From the NCBI GenBank assembly GCA_031421555.1, contig JANOOW010000464.1:1-45041 (forward strand): a stretch of DNA of 45,041 bases, given 5' to 3'. Positions 9,579 through 19,653 of this stretch are shown here, piece after piece (the first letter of the stretch is position 1; each line of letters starts with the position of its first letter). Under the pieces are notes generated by a model. That model worked only from the letters and a program-made list of their open reading frames with translations, had not been told where the DNA came from and ran no database searches. The position numbers and the translations under genes are program-made. The DNA comes from Hyphomicrobiaceae bacterium (GTDB taxonomy: Bacteria > Pseudomonadota > Alphaproteobacteria > Rhizobiales > Hyphomicrobiaceae).

Positions 9579-11104
9579 TCCGATCGAGCGCTCGAAACGT
9601 TCCGATGTCTGCAACATTGAATGTGGATCAAAAAGCCATGCCCGCTGCGCCAACAATTATGTGGTTTCGTCAGGATTTGCGCATCTCTGATAACCTAGCC
9701 CTTGCACACGCGTGTGCTTCGGGTGGAAATATCGTTGCGCTCTACATTCTCGACGAGGTGAGTGCAGGCCCGTGGACCGTGGGCGCGGCCAGCCGTTGGT
9801 GGTTGCACAACAGTCTGGCTTCGCTTTCAAAGGAGCTCGAGAAACGCGGCAGCACATTGGTTCTGCGCCGGGGTGAAGCATCGAAGGTGCTGAACAGCGT
9901 CGTCGGCGAAACCGGGGCGAAATGCATCGTTGCCAGCCGCTCCTACGAGCCGTGGGCACGCACGCTGGAAGCGCGCCTGCATGATGAGTTTGATGCTGCT
10001 GGCGTTGACTTCAAGCAGTTCGCCGGCTCGCTGTTGTTCGAACCGGACGCGGTGAAAACCAAGTCGGAAACAGCTTTCAAGGTGTTCTCGCCGTTCTGGC
10101 GAGCCGTGTCGGCAACCGAGGTCCGCCAGCCAGCGGCCGCACCTGAGCGGATTGCGCAACCCGCTAAACTGCCGGCGAGCGATCACCTGAGCGATTGGCA
10201 ATTGTTGCCCACCAAACCCGATTGGGCCGGCGGATTTCGAGAAAAATGGCGGCCGGGCGAAAGCTACGCGCTCGAAAACCTGGACACCTTTCTAGGCCAA
10301 GCCTTGGGCAATTACACGGAACAGCGCAACCGGCCGGACATCGCTGGGACCTCGCGCCTGTCACCGCATCTGCACTTCGGTGAGATTAGCCCCGCTGCGT
10401 GCTGGCATCGCGCGCGCGACATGGCAAAAAGCGATACCAAGCTTGCAGGTGGTCTCGATACATTTCTAAAGGAACTCGTCTGGCGCGAATTCTCGTACCA
10501 CTTGTTGTTCCACTGGCCTGGCTTGCCCGATGAACCATTCCGCCCGGAGTTCGCGAATTTCCCATGGTCTGGGACTGACGCGCAGCTCCAGGCCTGGCCG
10601 CGCGGGCACACTGGCTATCCGATCGTCGATGCCGGCATGCGTCAGCTGTGGGCGACCGGTTGGATGCACAATCGTGTACGCATGATCACAGCATCTTTCC
10701 TGATCAAGCATTTGCTGATCTCCTGGCGCGAAGGCGCAATGTGGTTTTGGGACTGTCTCGTCGATGCCGACTTGGCATCCAACTCCGCAAGCTGGCAGTG
10801 GGTGGCTGGCTCAGGCGCCGATGCCGCGCCCTACTTCCGCATCTTCAATCCGCAAAAGCAGGGCGAGACGTTCGATCCAGATGGCACCTACGTACGCCGC
10901 TGGGTGCCCGAGCTTGCAAAATTGCCCAATCAATATCTACATGCGCCGTGGACTGCGCCGCCCGAGGTGCTGGCTAAAGCTGACGTCATGTTGGGCATGA
11001 CCTACCCTAAGCCAATCGTCGACCATGCTCAGGCGCGCGCAGCAGCACTGGCTGCTTTCGCCAGCATCAAGGGTTCAAGCGGCCCCTTGACCACCGTCAG
11101 CTAA
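9575..11104 (+). CDS. phrB: Deoxyribodipyrimidine photolyase (class I CPD photolyase/cryptochrome family)
   Basis: IMWFRQDLRISDNLAL N-terminus, TSRLSPHLHFGEIS, WREFSYHLL, ASNSASWQWVAGSGADAAPYFRIFNP and YPKPIVDH. The start is uncertain: TTG at 9575 overlaps the TPR stop, and ATG at 9605 or 9638 are alternatives. Confidence 0.9.
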   Translation: MIRSSARNVPMSATLNVDQKAMPAAPTIMWFRQDLRISDNLALAHACASGGNIVALYILDEVSAGPWTVGAASRWWLHNSLASLSKELEKRGSTLVLRRGEASKVLNSVVGETGAKCIVASRSYEPWARTLEARLHDEFDAAGVDFKQFAGSLLFEPDAVKTKSETAFKVFSPFWRAVSATEVRQPAAAPERIAQPAKLPASDHLSDWQLLPTKPDWAGGFREKWRPGESYALENLDTFLGQALGNYTEQRNRPDIAGTSRLSPHLHFGEISPAACWHRARDMAKSDTKLAGGLDTFLKELVWREFSYHLLFHWPGLPDEPFRPEFANFPWSGTDAQLQAWPRGHTGYPIVDAGMRQLWATGWMHNRVRMITASFLIKHLLISWREGAMWFWDCLVDADLASNSASWQWVAGSGADAAPYFRIFNPQKQGETFDPDGTYVRRWVPELAKLPNQYLHAPWTAPPEVLAKADVMLGMTYPKPIVDHAQARAAALAAFASIKGSSGPLTTVS

Positions 11105-11124
11105 CGCGTATGCATTTGCGTTAG
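11101..11124 (+). terminator. Weak hairpin at the photolyase stop codon
   Basis: CTAACGC-N10-GCGTTAG (7-bp stem) spanning the TAA stop. It is followed by a G/T-rich stretch but no clean U-tract. Confidence 0.25.
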
Positions 11125-11227
11125 GCGGATTGTGTACGCGGTGTCGCTCGATTAGCGCTCTTGACAACTGCAGCGCTCGATAAGATCGCCGAAGCACGCT
11201 GTATCCCAATCGAGGATTCACAATTTC

Positions 11228-12373
11228 ATGAACGCTATTCCGGCTGCGTTCGCCTATCGGGTTTTGTCGGCTAGCGGCGCGGCTCGCCAAGGCGAGATTT
11301 CAACGCCACGCGGCATCATCCGAACCCCTGCCTTCATGCCGGTCGGCACGGCCGGCACGGTGAAGGCGCTTTACCCGGACCAGGTGAAATCGGCTGGCGC
11401 GGATATCGTACTCGGCAACACCTATCACTTGATGCTGCGACCCGGCGCCGAGCGCGTCGCCAGACTTGGCGGTCTGCACAAATTCATGCAATGGGACGGG
11501 CCCATTCTGACAGACAGTGGCGGCTTCCAGGTGATGAGCCTTTCTAGCCTGCGCAAGATGTCCGAGAAGGGCGTGACGTTCCAGTCGCACATTGACGGCT
11601 CGACCCATCATGTAAGCCCGGAGCGCTCGATCGAAATTCAATGTCTGCTCGGTGCCGACATCCAGATGCAGCTCGACGAGTGCATCGAATTGCCGGCAAC
11701 GCGTGAGCGGGCGATCGAGGCCATGGAGCTATCGCTCCGCTGGGCCGAACGGAGCAAGCGCGCCTTCGACGACATGAGCAAGCCGGGCCAGGCGCTGTTC
11801 GGCATTGTGCAAGGCGGCACGGATTTGGCTTTGCGGCGGCGCTCAGCCGAAGCACTCGTCGCAATGGATCTCCCCGGTTATGCAGTCGGCGGGTTGGCGG
11901 TCGGCGAGGGGCACGATCTGATGATCGCGACGCTCGCCGGTACGACACCATATCTGCCGGCCGGTAAGCCGCGCTATCTAATGGGCGTTGGCACGCCCGT
12001 CGATATCATGGAGGCCGTCGCGCGCGGTATCGATATGTTCGATTGCGTAATGCCGACGCGCTCGGGCCGCCACGGACAAGCGTTCACGTGGGGCGGCAAG
12101 ATCAACCTCAAGAATGCACGGCATGCGGAAGATCCAAGGCCACTCGATGCGAACAGCTCTTGTCCTGCCGCCCGCGATTACTCGCGCGCCTATCTGCATC
12201 ACCTGATGAAATCGGGTGAGCATCTGGGCTCGATGCTGCTGTCGTGGGCCAACGTTGCATTTTATCAGGATTTGATGGCCGCCATCCGAAAAGCCATTGC
12301 CGCGGATCGCTACGCAGCCTTCGTCGCGGAACATAAGATGCGGCTGATGGGTGCCGAGCCGGCAGAAGCTTAA
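11228..12373 (+). CDS. tgt: tRNA-guanine(34) transglycosylase (queuine tRNA-ribosyltransferase)
   Basis: [27 protein letters not shown] and [10 protein letters not shown] family motifs; 381 aa. The canonical CxCxxC...H zinc site is degenerate (see findings). Confidence 0.93.
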   Translation: MNAIPAAFAYRVLSASGAARQGEISTPRGIIRTPAFMPVGTAGTVKALYPDQVKSAGADIVLGNTYHLMLRPGAERVARLGGLHKFMQWDGPILTDSGGFQVMSLSSLRKMSEKGVTFQSHIDGSTHHVSPERSIEIQCLLGADIQMQLDECIELPATRERAIEAMELSLRWAERSKRAFDDMSKPGQALFGIVQGGTDLALRRRSAEALVAMDLPGYAVGGLAVGEGHDLMIATLAGTTPYLPAGKPRYLMGVGTPVDIMEAVARGIDMFDCVMPTRSGRHGQAFTWGGKINLKNARHAEDPRPLDANSSCPAARDYSRAYLHHLMKSGEHLGSMLLSWANVAFYQDLMAAIRKAIAADRYAAFVAEHKMRLMGAEPAEA

Positions 12374-14004
12374 CCAGGCGCAGGCGGCAGGAGCTCGATT
12401 GGCTGGAGAAACGCTGCTGCAATCAGCGCCCGCGTATACCGATGCTGCGGCGCGGACATGATCTGTTCAGTCGCACCCTCCTCCACGACGCGGCCATCTT
12501 TCATTACCAGAACGCGGTCCGACATCACGCGCACGACCGCCAGATCGTGGCTGATGAAAACGTAGGCGAGGCCATGCCGCAGTTGGAGATCGCGCAGCAA
12601 ATCGACGATGTCGCGTTGCACGCTGCGATCGAGCGCCGAGGTCGGCTCGTCGAGGACCACGAGTTTCGGCTTCAAGATCAAGGCGCGCGCGATCGCGAGC
12701 CGTTGACGCTGCCCGCCGGAAAATTCATGCGGAAACCGGTTGCGCGTGCCGGGATCGAGCTGCACCTCTGCGAAGGCGGCGACGGCTCGGGCGTCGCGCT
12801 CCGCCTTCGACAGCACCGGCTCGTGCACCAGCAATCCTTCACTGACGATTTCCCCTGCCGTGAGCCGCGGCGACAACGATCCGAAAGGATCCTGGAACAC
12901 CAACTGCATCCGGCGCCGCAATGGCCGCATGCCCGCCCGATCCAGCTCTTTGAGATCGCGATCTTCGAACCTGATTACGCCGGCTGACGGCAGCAACTTC
13001 AGGATGGCGCGGCCGAGCGTCGACTTACCTGATCCGGATTCGCCGACGACACCAACTGTCTCGCCAGCGCGCACGGTAAGATCGACGCCATCGACCGCCG
13101 CCAAAAACTTTCGCGGAATGCCTCTCAAAGCATCGAACAGAGCGCGGCGGCCGGCAAACGTCACACGCGTGTCTCGCGCATCGAGGACGATCGGAGTGTC
13201 CGGGTCGATCGGCTGTTTGTACCCTCGCGGCGTCGCGTCGATCAGGCGTTTCGTATACGGATGCTTGGGATTTGCGAAGAGATCACCAGCCTTGCCCTGC
13301 TCCACGCAAATGCCTTGATGCATGACGAGCACCCGGTCGGCAATGCGGCCGACCAGTTCCAGATCGTGTGTCACGAAGATGATCGCTAGACCCAGCCGCG
13401 TCCGCAGATCTTTCAGCAACGCGAGTATTTCGGCTTGTACGGTAACATCGAGTGCGGTGGTCGGTTCGTCGGCGATGAGCAGATCGGGGCTCATCGCGAT
13501 CGCCATGGCGATCATCACGCGCTGGCGCTGACCGCCAGACAACTCGTGCGGGTAGGCATCGATCTTCGACCCGGGATCCTGAATGAGTACCGTCTCCAAC
13601 AGTTCGAGCGCGCGCGTCCTCGCCGCTGCGCGTGACAGGCCTGCATGCCGACGCAATGGCGCCGCCATCTGCTGGCCGATCCGATAGAGCGGATCGAGCG
13701 AGGTCATTGGTTCTTGAAAGATCATGGTCAGCTTCGAGCCGCGATAGCGATCGAGCGTGGCTGCTTTTGCGCCGATCAACTCGACACCGTTGTATTTCGC
13801 CGACCCGCTCGATCGGCCGTTGCCGGCGAGCAACCCCATCAGCGCCAGCATCGACTGGCTTTTTCCCGAACCGGACTCGCCAACGATCGCGACGGTCTCT
13901 CCCGCCGCCACGTCGAAATCAATGCCGCGCACAGCTTTTAGGTCACCTGATCCGGTGCGAAATTCGACCGTCAGACCTCGAACGCTGAGCAGGGGGCCGG
14001 CCAC
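12370..14004 (-). CDS. ABC transporter ATP-binding protein with two fused NBDs (oligopeptide/dipeptide-type, YejF-like)
   Basis: Two Walker A motifs (GESGSGKSQ and GESGSGKST), two signatures (LSGGQRQR and FSGGQRQR) and two Walker B motifs (LLIADEPT and LVVLDEPT). The GTG start is 3 nt after the panC stop. Its stop shares a TTAA palindrome with the tgt stop. Confidence 0.9.
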   Translation of the reverse strand: MAGPLLSVRGLTVEFRTGSGDLKAVRGIDFDVAAGETVAIVGESGSGKSQSMLALMGLLAGNGRSSGSAKYNGVELIGAKAATLDRYRGSKLTMIFQEPMTSLDPLYRIGQQMAAPLRRHAGLSRAAARTRALELLETVLIQDPGSKIDAYPHELSGGQRQRVMIAMAIAMSPDLLIADEPTTALDVTVQAEILALLKDLRTRLGLAIIFVTHDLELVGRIADRVLVMHQGICVEQGKAGDLFANPKHPYTKRLIDATPRGYKQPIDPDTPIVLDARDTRVTFAGRRALFDALRGIPRKFLAAVDGVDLTVRAGETVGVVGESGSGKSTLGRAILKLLPSAGVIRFEDRDLKELDRAGMRPLRRRMQLVFQDPFGSLSPRLTAGEIVSEGLLVHEPVLSKAERDARAVAAFAEVQLDPGTRNRFPHEFSGGQRQRLAIARALILKPKLVVLDEPTSALDRSVQRDIVDLLRDLQLRHGLAYVFISHDLAVVRVMSDRVLVMKDGRVVEEGATEQIMSAPQHRYTRALIAAAFLQPIELLPPAPG

Positions 14005-14007
14005 AGG

Positions 14008-14892
14008 CTAAAGGTTGTCAATTAAACGTGTCTTACCGAGCCATGCCGCCATCAGCACGCGCGGCGGCCGTTGCGATTTCAGATCCCATTCGGCAAGCGT
14101 TTCGGCGTCACGAACGGCGACGTAGTCGACCTTGAAGCCTGCCTTCTCGAGCGCTGCTTGAGCGTCGCCCGTGGCCTTGTCGATGGCAACACCCACCTTC
14201 ACCTGGTTTGCGATCTCGACAATCAAGCGATGGATGATCGGTGCGGTGGCGCGCTCTTGCGGTGAAAGATAGCGGTTGCGCGAACTCATCGCCACACCAT
14301 CTGCCTCGCGCACGGTCGGCATGCCGGTAATCTCGATGGGCAAGTCCAAGTCGCGCACCATTTGGCGCACGACGCAGAGTTGCTGGTAGTCTTTCTCGCC
14401 GAAGATTGCGAAGTCTGCTTGCGATTGCGTAAACAACTTGCAGCACACGGTTGCGACGCCTTCAAAGAAGTGCGGTCGGAAATCAGTTTCGAGCCCAAGT
14501 GCCGCCCCCTTCGGTACGATCCGCGTCGCAGCGCCGGGCCGGTACATCTCATCGACACTCGGCGCCCATATGGCGTCGCAATCAATACCGGCGAGCTTTG
14601 CGACGTCGCCCGCCTCGTCACGCGGGTAGCGGGTAAAATCCTCGTGCGGCGCGAATTGGGTCGGATTGACGAAGATCGAGGTAATGGTGCGGCGTGCCTT
14701 GGCTCGGCCGAGCCTAACGAGTTCCACGTGCCCGGCATGTAGCGCCCCCATGGTCGGAATAATGGCACTGGTCTCACCAGCCTTGCGCCAGCTCGCCGTC
14801 AGCTTTCGCAAGCCGGCAAGGGTCCGCACGATGATAGGCCCCGTAGCAGCGGCAGTCGAAGTCTTGGCCAAGCTTGTGCCCTCCCGTCGCAT
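14008..14892 (-). CDS. panC: Pantoate--beta-alanine ligase
   Basis: IPTMGALHAGH (HxGH-type) motif, FVNPTQF and FGEKDYQQ. The alternative start TTG at 14871 has a better-placed GGGAGG than the ATG at 14892. Confidence 0.9.
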   Translation of the reverse strand: MRREGTSLAKTSTAAATGPIIVRTLAGLRKLTASWRKAGETSAIIPTMGALHAGHVELVRLGRAKARRTITSIFVNPTQFAPHEDFTRYPRDEAGDVAKLAGIDCDAIWAPSVDEMYRPGAATRIVPKGAALGLETDFRPHFFEGVATVCCKLFTQSQADFAIFGEKDYQQLCVVRQMVRDLDLPIEITGMPTVREADGVAMSSRNRYLSPQERATAPIIHRLIVEIANQVKVGVAIDKATGDAQAALEKAGFKVDYVAVRDAETLAEWDLKSQRPPRVLMAAWLGKTRLIDNL

Positions 14893-15036
14893 CTGATTGG
14901 CGCAACCTCCGATGCGAGGTCAGGGCCGTCAAGAGTTTGCTCGATCTCAAACTTCGCCGTTGCATCATATTACACTTGGCACATCGCCACCGAGTGCGCG
15001 ACATTGCGGCGTCAACAATCGAAAGTCCGTGCCCGA

Positions 15037-15954
15037 ATGCTTGTCTACGCCTTGAAGCGGCTGTGCGTTGCGGTGCTGGTGGCGCTATTTGTCTCGGCAA
15101 TCGCGTTCACCGCTCTGCGCATGTCGGGCGACCCAGCGATTGCCATTGCCGGCGAAGGAGCCAAGGCCGCCGACATCGAGTTGGTGCGCAAGACCTACGG
15201 GCTCGACCGGCCGCTCGCGGTGCAGTATTTCGACTGGCTGCAGACTGTGGCGAAGGGCGACTTCGGCGAGTCGCTGTACTTCAAGACCCGCGTCACAAGC
15301 CTGATCGCGGACAAACTCCCGGTGACCTTTATCGTCGGCGCGCTATCGATCCTGTTCGCACTCGCTGTCTCCGTTCCGCTCGGCGTTTTAGCGGCCGTCT
15401 ATCAGGGCAGCATCATCGACCGGCTGGCTCTGGCTGTCGCTGTCGCTGGACAGGCGCTGCCCAACTTCTTCTTCGCCCTCGTGTTGATGATGATCTTCTC
15501 GATCCAGCTGCGATGGCTGCCTGTATCCGGCTCCGATACATGGGCCCACTACGTGATGCCGGTGATCGCGCTCGGCTACTACGTGACGCCACCGCTGATG
15601 CGTCTCGTCCGTGCCGGCATGATCGAGGTGCTCGGCGCCGACTACATCAGAACGGCACGCGCCAAAGGGCTGTCGTCGATGAGCGTGATCTTCAAGCATG
15701 GCCTGCGCAACGCGCTGGTGCCCGTTGTGGCATTGGCCGCGGTGCAGCTCGGGCTGTTGCTTGGCGGGTCGATCGTGATCGAGACGATCTTTGCGTTGGA
15801 TGGGCTGGGCTACCTCGCCTACCAATCGATCACGCACAAGGACTATCCCGTCACGCAAGCCGTACTGCTGCTCCTGTCACTGATCTACGTGCTGCTGACA
15901 CTCGCGGCCGACCTACTCAACGCCTTCCTCGACCCTCGCATGCGGGCGGCATGA
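15037..15954 (+). CDS. ABC transporter permease, Opp/Dpp B-type
   Basis: MLVYALKRL...FTALRMSGDP N-terminus typical of DppB/OppB. Also YIRTARAKGLS (EAA-loop region) and a C-terminal DPRMR motif. Six predicted TM segments. Confidence 0.88.
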   Translation: MLVYALKRLCVAVLVALFVSAIAFTALRMSGDPAIAIAGEGAKAADIELVRKTYGLDRPLAVQYFDWLQTVAKGDFGESLYFKTRVTSLIADKLPVTFIVGALSILFALAVSVPLGVLAAVYQGSIIDRLALAVAVAGQALPNFFFALVLMMIFSIQLRWLPVSGSDTWAHYVMPVIALGYYVTPPLMRLVRAGMIEVLGADYIRTARAKGLSSMSVIFKHGLRNALVPVVALAAVQLGLLLGGSIVIETIFALDGLGYLAYQSITHKDYPVTQAVLLLLSLIYVLLTLAADLLNAFLDPRMRAA

Positions 15955-15967
15955 TGGGTATGTCCGC

Positions 15968-16867
15968 ATGACGATGGACACGGCACGCACCAACATAGCC
16001 ACGGAACCGGTCCGGCCGCTGCCGACGCTGGCGCGGCGAATGCTCTCGGACCCGGCGCTGGTGATCGGACTGGCACTCGTCGGCATAGTGGTCGCCTTGG
16101 CCGCGCTCGCCCCGTTGATCAGTCCGCATGACCCTTATGCCCAAGATCTGACTGCGCGCCTGATTCCGCCGTTCTGGCACGCGAAGGGCACCTGGGTGCA
16201 TCCGCTCGGCACCGACAATCTGGGCCGGGACTACCTCTCACGCGTCATCTATGGCGCGCGCATATCCCTTTTGATCGGCGTCTCGGTGATGCTCATTTCG
16301 GGCCTGATCGGCACCACACTCGGCCTCGTCGCGGGCTACTTTGGCGGCAAAGTCGACATGGTCGTGAACTTCATCATCACGGCCCGGCTGGCGATGCCGG
16401 TCGTACTCGTGGCGTTGGCGGTGGTGGCCATGATCGGCGGCTCGTTGACCGTGGTCATTCTGACGCTCGGACTGCTCAAGTGGGACCGGTTCGCCGTGGT
16501 GATGCGAAGCGCGACGCAGCAGGTCCGCGCACTCGATTATGTCACCGCCGCTGAAGCCGCGGGCGCATCTCGCAGCCGCGTGCTGGTCGGTGAGATTTTG
16601 CCCAACGTGTTGCCGCATCTGATCGTCGTCGCAACCGTTGAGGCCGGAAGTGCGATACTTCTCGAAGCGGCGCTATCGTTCCTGGGGCTCGGCGTCCAAC
16701 CGCCACTGCCGTCCTGGGGGTTGATGATCGCGGAAGCAAAGAACTTCATGTTCTTCTCGTTCTGGCTGATCGCCATTCCGGGCAGCGCGCTGGCCCTCCT
16801 GGTACTTGGCATCAACCTCGCGGGCGATGGGCTGCGCGACGTACTGGCGCCGGAAGGCCGGGCATGA
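15968..16867 (+). CDS. ABC transporter permease, Opp/Dpp C-type
   Basis: HPLGTDNLGRDYLSRVIYGARISL motif typical of DppC/OppC. EAA-like region YVTAAEAAGASR. Confidence 0.88.
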   Translation: MTMDTARTNIATEPVRPLPTLARRMLSDPALVIGLALVGIVVALAALAPLISPHDPYAQDLTARLIPPFWHAKGTWVHPLGTDNLGRDYLSRVIYGARISLLIGVSVMLISGLIGTTLGLVAGYFGGKVDMVVNFIITARLAMPVVLVALAVVAMIGGSLTVVILTLGLLKWDRFAVVMRSATQQVRALDYVTAAEAAGASRSRVLVGEILPNVLPHLIVVATVEAGSAILLEAALSFLGLGVQPPLPSWGLMIAEAKNFMFFSFWLIAIPGSALALLVLGINLAGDGLRDVLAPEGRA

Positions 16868-17847
16868 GCAAGCCGGTGCTCGAAGTCGCAGACTTGCACG
16901 TTGAACTCTCGACGCCACGCGGGACGTTGCAAGCGGTGCGCGGCATTTCGTTCGATGTGGCGGCTGGCGAGACCGTGTGCATCGTCGGCGAATCCGGTTG
17001 CGGCAAATCGATGACCGCGCTGGCGTTGATGGGCCTGCTGCCATCGACTGCCACGACGCGGGCAACACGGATCGCGTTATCCGGCCAGGATTTGACCACT
17101 GCGAAACGTTCGGCGCTCAACACCTTGCGCGGCGACCGGATGACGATGATCTTTCAGGAGCCGATGACGGCGCTCAATCCGGCCTGGACCATCGGCACGC
17201 AGTTGATCGAGGTGCATCGCCGCCATAAGGGTTCATCGGCGAACGAAGCGCGGGCGCGCGCCGTCGATCTTCTGGGGCGCGTTGGGATAGCACGAGCATC
17301 GGAGCGGCTAGGCGCATACCCGCACCAGTTGTCCGGAGGTCTCCGTCAGCGCGTGATGATCGCCATGGCGCTTATGTGCTCGCCCGATCTGCTCATCGCC
17401 GACGAGCCGACGACCGCGCTCGACGTCACCATCCAAGCGCAGATTTTGCGGCTGCTGGCGGAATTGCAGAAGGATTTCGGCATCGCGCTACTGCTGATCA
17501 CGCACGACCTTGGCGTCGTCGCTCGGATCGCCGATCGGGTGAACGTCATGTATGCAGGCCGCATCGTCGAAAGCGCTTCGGCCATGGAACTCTTTGCCCG
17601 CCCGATGCACCCCTATACGCGCGGGTTGCTGGAGTGTCTGCCACGTCCGGGCATCACCGCTGGCGAACGGCTCGGCACCATCCCGGGCGTCGTGCCCTCC
17701 TTGATCGGCGGCATCAACGGCTGTGCGTTTCGCTCGCGTTGCCCTGTTGCCCTGCCCATATGCGCTCACACCGTGCCGCAAAGAGAAGCTAGCCCATCGC
17801 ATCGGTTCGAGTGCGTGCATGAAACCGCAGCTCCGGTGGCGGTATGA
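16864..17847 (+). CDS. ABC transporter ATP-binding protein, Opp/Dpp D-type
   Basis: Walker [11 protein letters not shown], signature LSGGLRQR, Walker [13 protein letters not shown] and a C-terminal Cys-rich oligopeptide-type extension. ATGA overlaps with both neighbouring genes. Confidence 0.9.
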   Translation: MSKPVLEVADLHVELSTPRGTLQAVRGISFDVAAGETVCIVGESGCGKSMTALALMGLLPSTATTRATRIALSGQDLTTAKRSALNTLRGDRMTMIFQEPMTALNPAWTIGTQLIEVHRRHKGSSANEARARAVDLLGRVGIARASERLGAYPHQLSGGLRQRVMIAMALMCSPDLLIADEPTTALDVTIQAQILRLLAELQKDFGIALLLITHDLGVVARIADRVNVMYAGRIVESASAMELFARPMHPYTRGLLECLPRPGITAGERLGTIPGVVPSLIGGINGCAFRSRCPVALPICAHTVPQREASPSHRFECVHETAAPVAV

Positions 17848-18872
17848 GCAATGCCATTCTGGAGATGCGAGGCCTGACCCGCTCGTTCCGGGTGAGCCGC
17901 GGTGTGTTCCAACGTCCGCAAACGCTACGCGCGGTGGCCGGAATCGATCTTGACGTGATGAAAGGCGAAGTTCTCGGCATCGTCGGTGAATCCGGCTGCG
18001 GGAAATCGACACTTGCCCGCATGATGCTCGGCATTTTGCCGCCGACCGCTGGCACGATGCGGCTTGGTGGTCAGGACGTTTCGCAATTGTCTCGCCGCGA
18101 GCTTGCACGCCGGATGCAACCGGTGTTTCAGGATCCTTACTCGTCGCTGAACCCGCGCCGGCGCATCGCCTCGATCGTCGCATTGCCACTCGAGGTTCAA
18201 GGCGCGGGTTCGGCCGATGAGCGTCGCGCCCAGGTGCTAGCCGTGATGGAGAAAGTCGGCCTCCCCGCCCGCTTTGCCGATAACTATCCGAACCAGTTGT
18301 CGGGCGGTCAGCGCCAGCGCGTTGCTATTGCGCGGGCCTTGGTGACGAACCCGGAAATCGTGATTTGCGACGAACCAACCTCCGCGCTCGATGTGTCGGT
18401 GCAAAGCCAGATCCTCAATCTGCTCATGGATCTTCGCCGCGACCTCGGCCTTACATACGTGTTCATCAGCCATAACCTCGGCGTGGTCGAGCACTTGGCG
18501 ACGCGCGTTGCCGTGATGTACCTCGGCCGCATCGTCGAACTGGCGCCGGTGGCAGATTTGTTCAAGGCGCCGCAGCATCCCTACACCAAGGCACTCCTCG
18601 CATCCGTGTTGACACCCGAGCCAGGACTAGGCCTACCCGAAGCATTGTTAGGCGCGGCCTCGCCCGATCCATTTGCGGTGACGCCCGGCTGCCCGTTTGC
18701 CGACCGCTGTCCGCAGGTGATGGACATTTGCCGATCGACGCGGCCGCCGCAAGTGGCGCGCGCAGGCGGCTATTCAGTGTGCCATCTCGCCCCGTCTACG
18801 CAGATTTTTCGAACTGCGGTTGCCAGCGCAGCAGGTACGACTGAACCCGGCGCACGAAAAACGCGAGGATGA
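17844..18872 (+). CDS. ABC transporter ATP-binding protein, Opp/Dpp F-type
   Basis: Walker [19 protein letters not shown] and [11 protein letters not shown]. The last ~25 codons after the conserved ...VCHL run on into the convergent permease gene, giving a 77-nt overlap. Confidence 0.88.
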   Translation: MSNAILEMRGLTRSFRVSRGVFQRPQTLRAVAGIDLDVMKGEVLGIVGESGCGKSTLARMMLGILPPTAGTMRLGGQDVSQLSRRELARRMQPVFQDPYSSLNPRRRIASIVALPLEVQGAGSADERRAQVLAVMEKVGLPARFADNYPNQLSGGQRQRVAIARALVTNPEIVICDEPTSALDVSVQSQILNLLMDLRRDLGLTYVFISHNLGVVEHLATRVAVMYLGRIVELAPVADLFKAPQHPYTKALLASVLTPEPGLGLPEALLGAASPDPFAVTPGCPFADRCPQVMDICRSTRPPQVARAGGYSVCHLAPSTQIFRTAVASAAGTTEPGARKTRG

Positions 18873-19647
18873 TACCGACGATCATCATCACGAAGATCGC
18901 GACCATCATTTCCGCAGCATTGGCGCGCGCCTCCGCCTCGATGATGAGCTTGCCCAGACCGCGCTCGGCACCGATGAATTCACCGACGATCACACCGATG
19001 AGCGCGAACGATACCGCTGGCGTCAGCGAGGCGAACACCCAGGCCAGCGCCGATGGAATGACGACCGTGCGCAGAACCGTCATTTCGTTTGCACCCAGGA
19101 GCCGCGCGGCAGCGATCTGATCGCGATCGACCGAGCGCGTGCCTTCGAACGTATTGAAGAACACCACGAAGAAAACGACGATCCATGCCGTGACGATCTT
19201 CGACATATCACCTAGCCCGAACATCAAGATGATGAGCGGTACCAGGGCGATGCGCGGGACGGAGTTGGCGGCTACCACGTAAGGACCGAAGATGCGCGCG
19301 AGATAGTCCGAGCGACCGAGCAGCAGTCCCATCACGACGCCCGACATCGTGCCGCCGATGAAGCCCCATAACATGTTCTTCAGGGTAACGATGGTTGCCA
19401 GCCACAGATTGTTGCTATTGGCATCGAAACACGCAGCGAAGCCCGCCTTGTCCGTGAAGCAGCCAAGCTTGAGGAAGCTTGTCCAAATCGCCGACGGCTT
19501 GGAGATGAAATACGGATCGAGCAAACTCGGCACGAATGGCTTGAAGACTGAGATCTTGCGCAGATCAAAGCCCCATTCCCAGATGACGAACGTCACCACC
19601 AGGATTGCAATCTGCCAGAATAGAACTTTGAGGCTCGAATGTTTCAT
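18796..19647 (-). CDS. ABC transporter permease, NitT/TauT (nitrate/sulfonate/bicarbonate) family
   Basis: 283-aa polytopic protein with an EAA-type loop, AARLLGANEMTVLRTVVIPSALA. It starts 6 nt downstream of the ATPase gene. Confidence 0.85.
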   Translation of the reverse strand: MKHSSLKVLFWQIAILVVTFVIWEWGFDLRKISVFKPFVPSLLDPYFISKPSAIWTSFLKLGCFTDKAGFAACFDANSNNLWLATIVTLKNMLWGFIGGTMSGVVMGLLLGRSDYLARIFGPYVVAANSVPRIALVPLIILMFGLGDMSKIVTAWIVVFFVVFFNTFEGTRSVDRDQIAAARLLGANEMTVLRTVVIPSALAWVFASLTPAVSFALIGVIVGEFIGAERGLGKLIIEAEARANAAEMMVAIFVMMIVGIILAFFVRRVQSYLLRWQPQFEKSA

Positions 19648-19653
19648 CGTATT

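Noticed and set aside
11161-11190. TTGACA hexamer upstream of tgt, considered as a -35 element
   Set aside because: No acceptable -10 hexamer lies at 16-18 nt spacing (the ATAAGA hexamer is only 13 nt away), so a promoter call is not justified.
14874-15971. 365-aa plus-strand ORF overlapping the DppB-like permease
   Set aside because: It is in a different frame of the same strand as a gene with clear permease motifs. The product is Arg-rich and motif-free.
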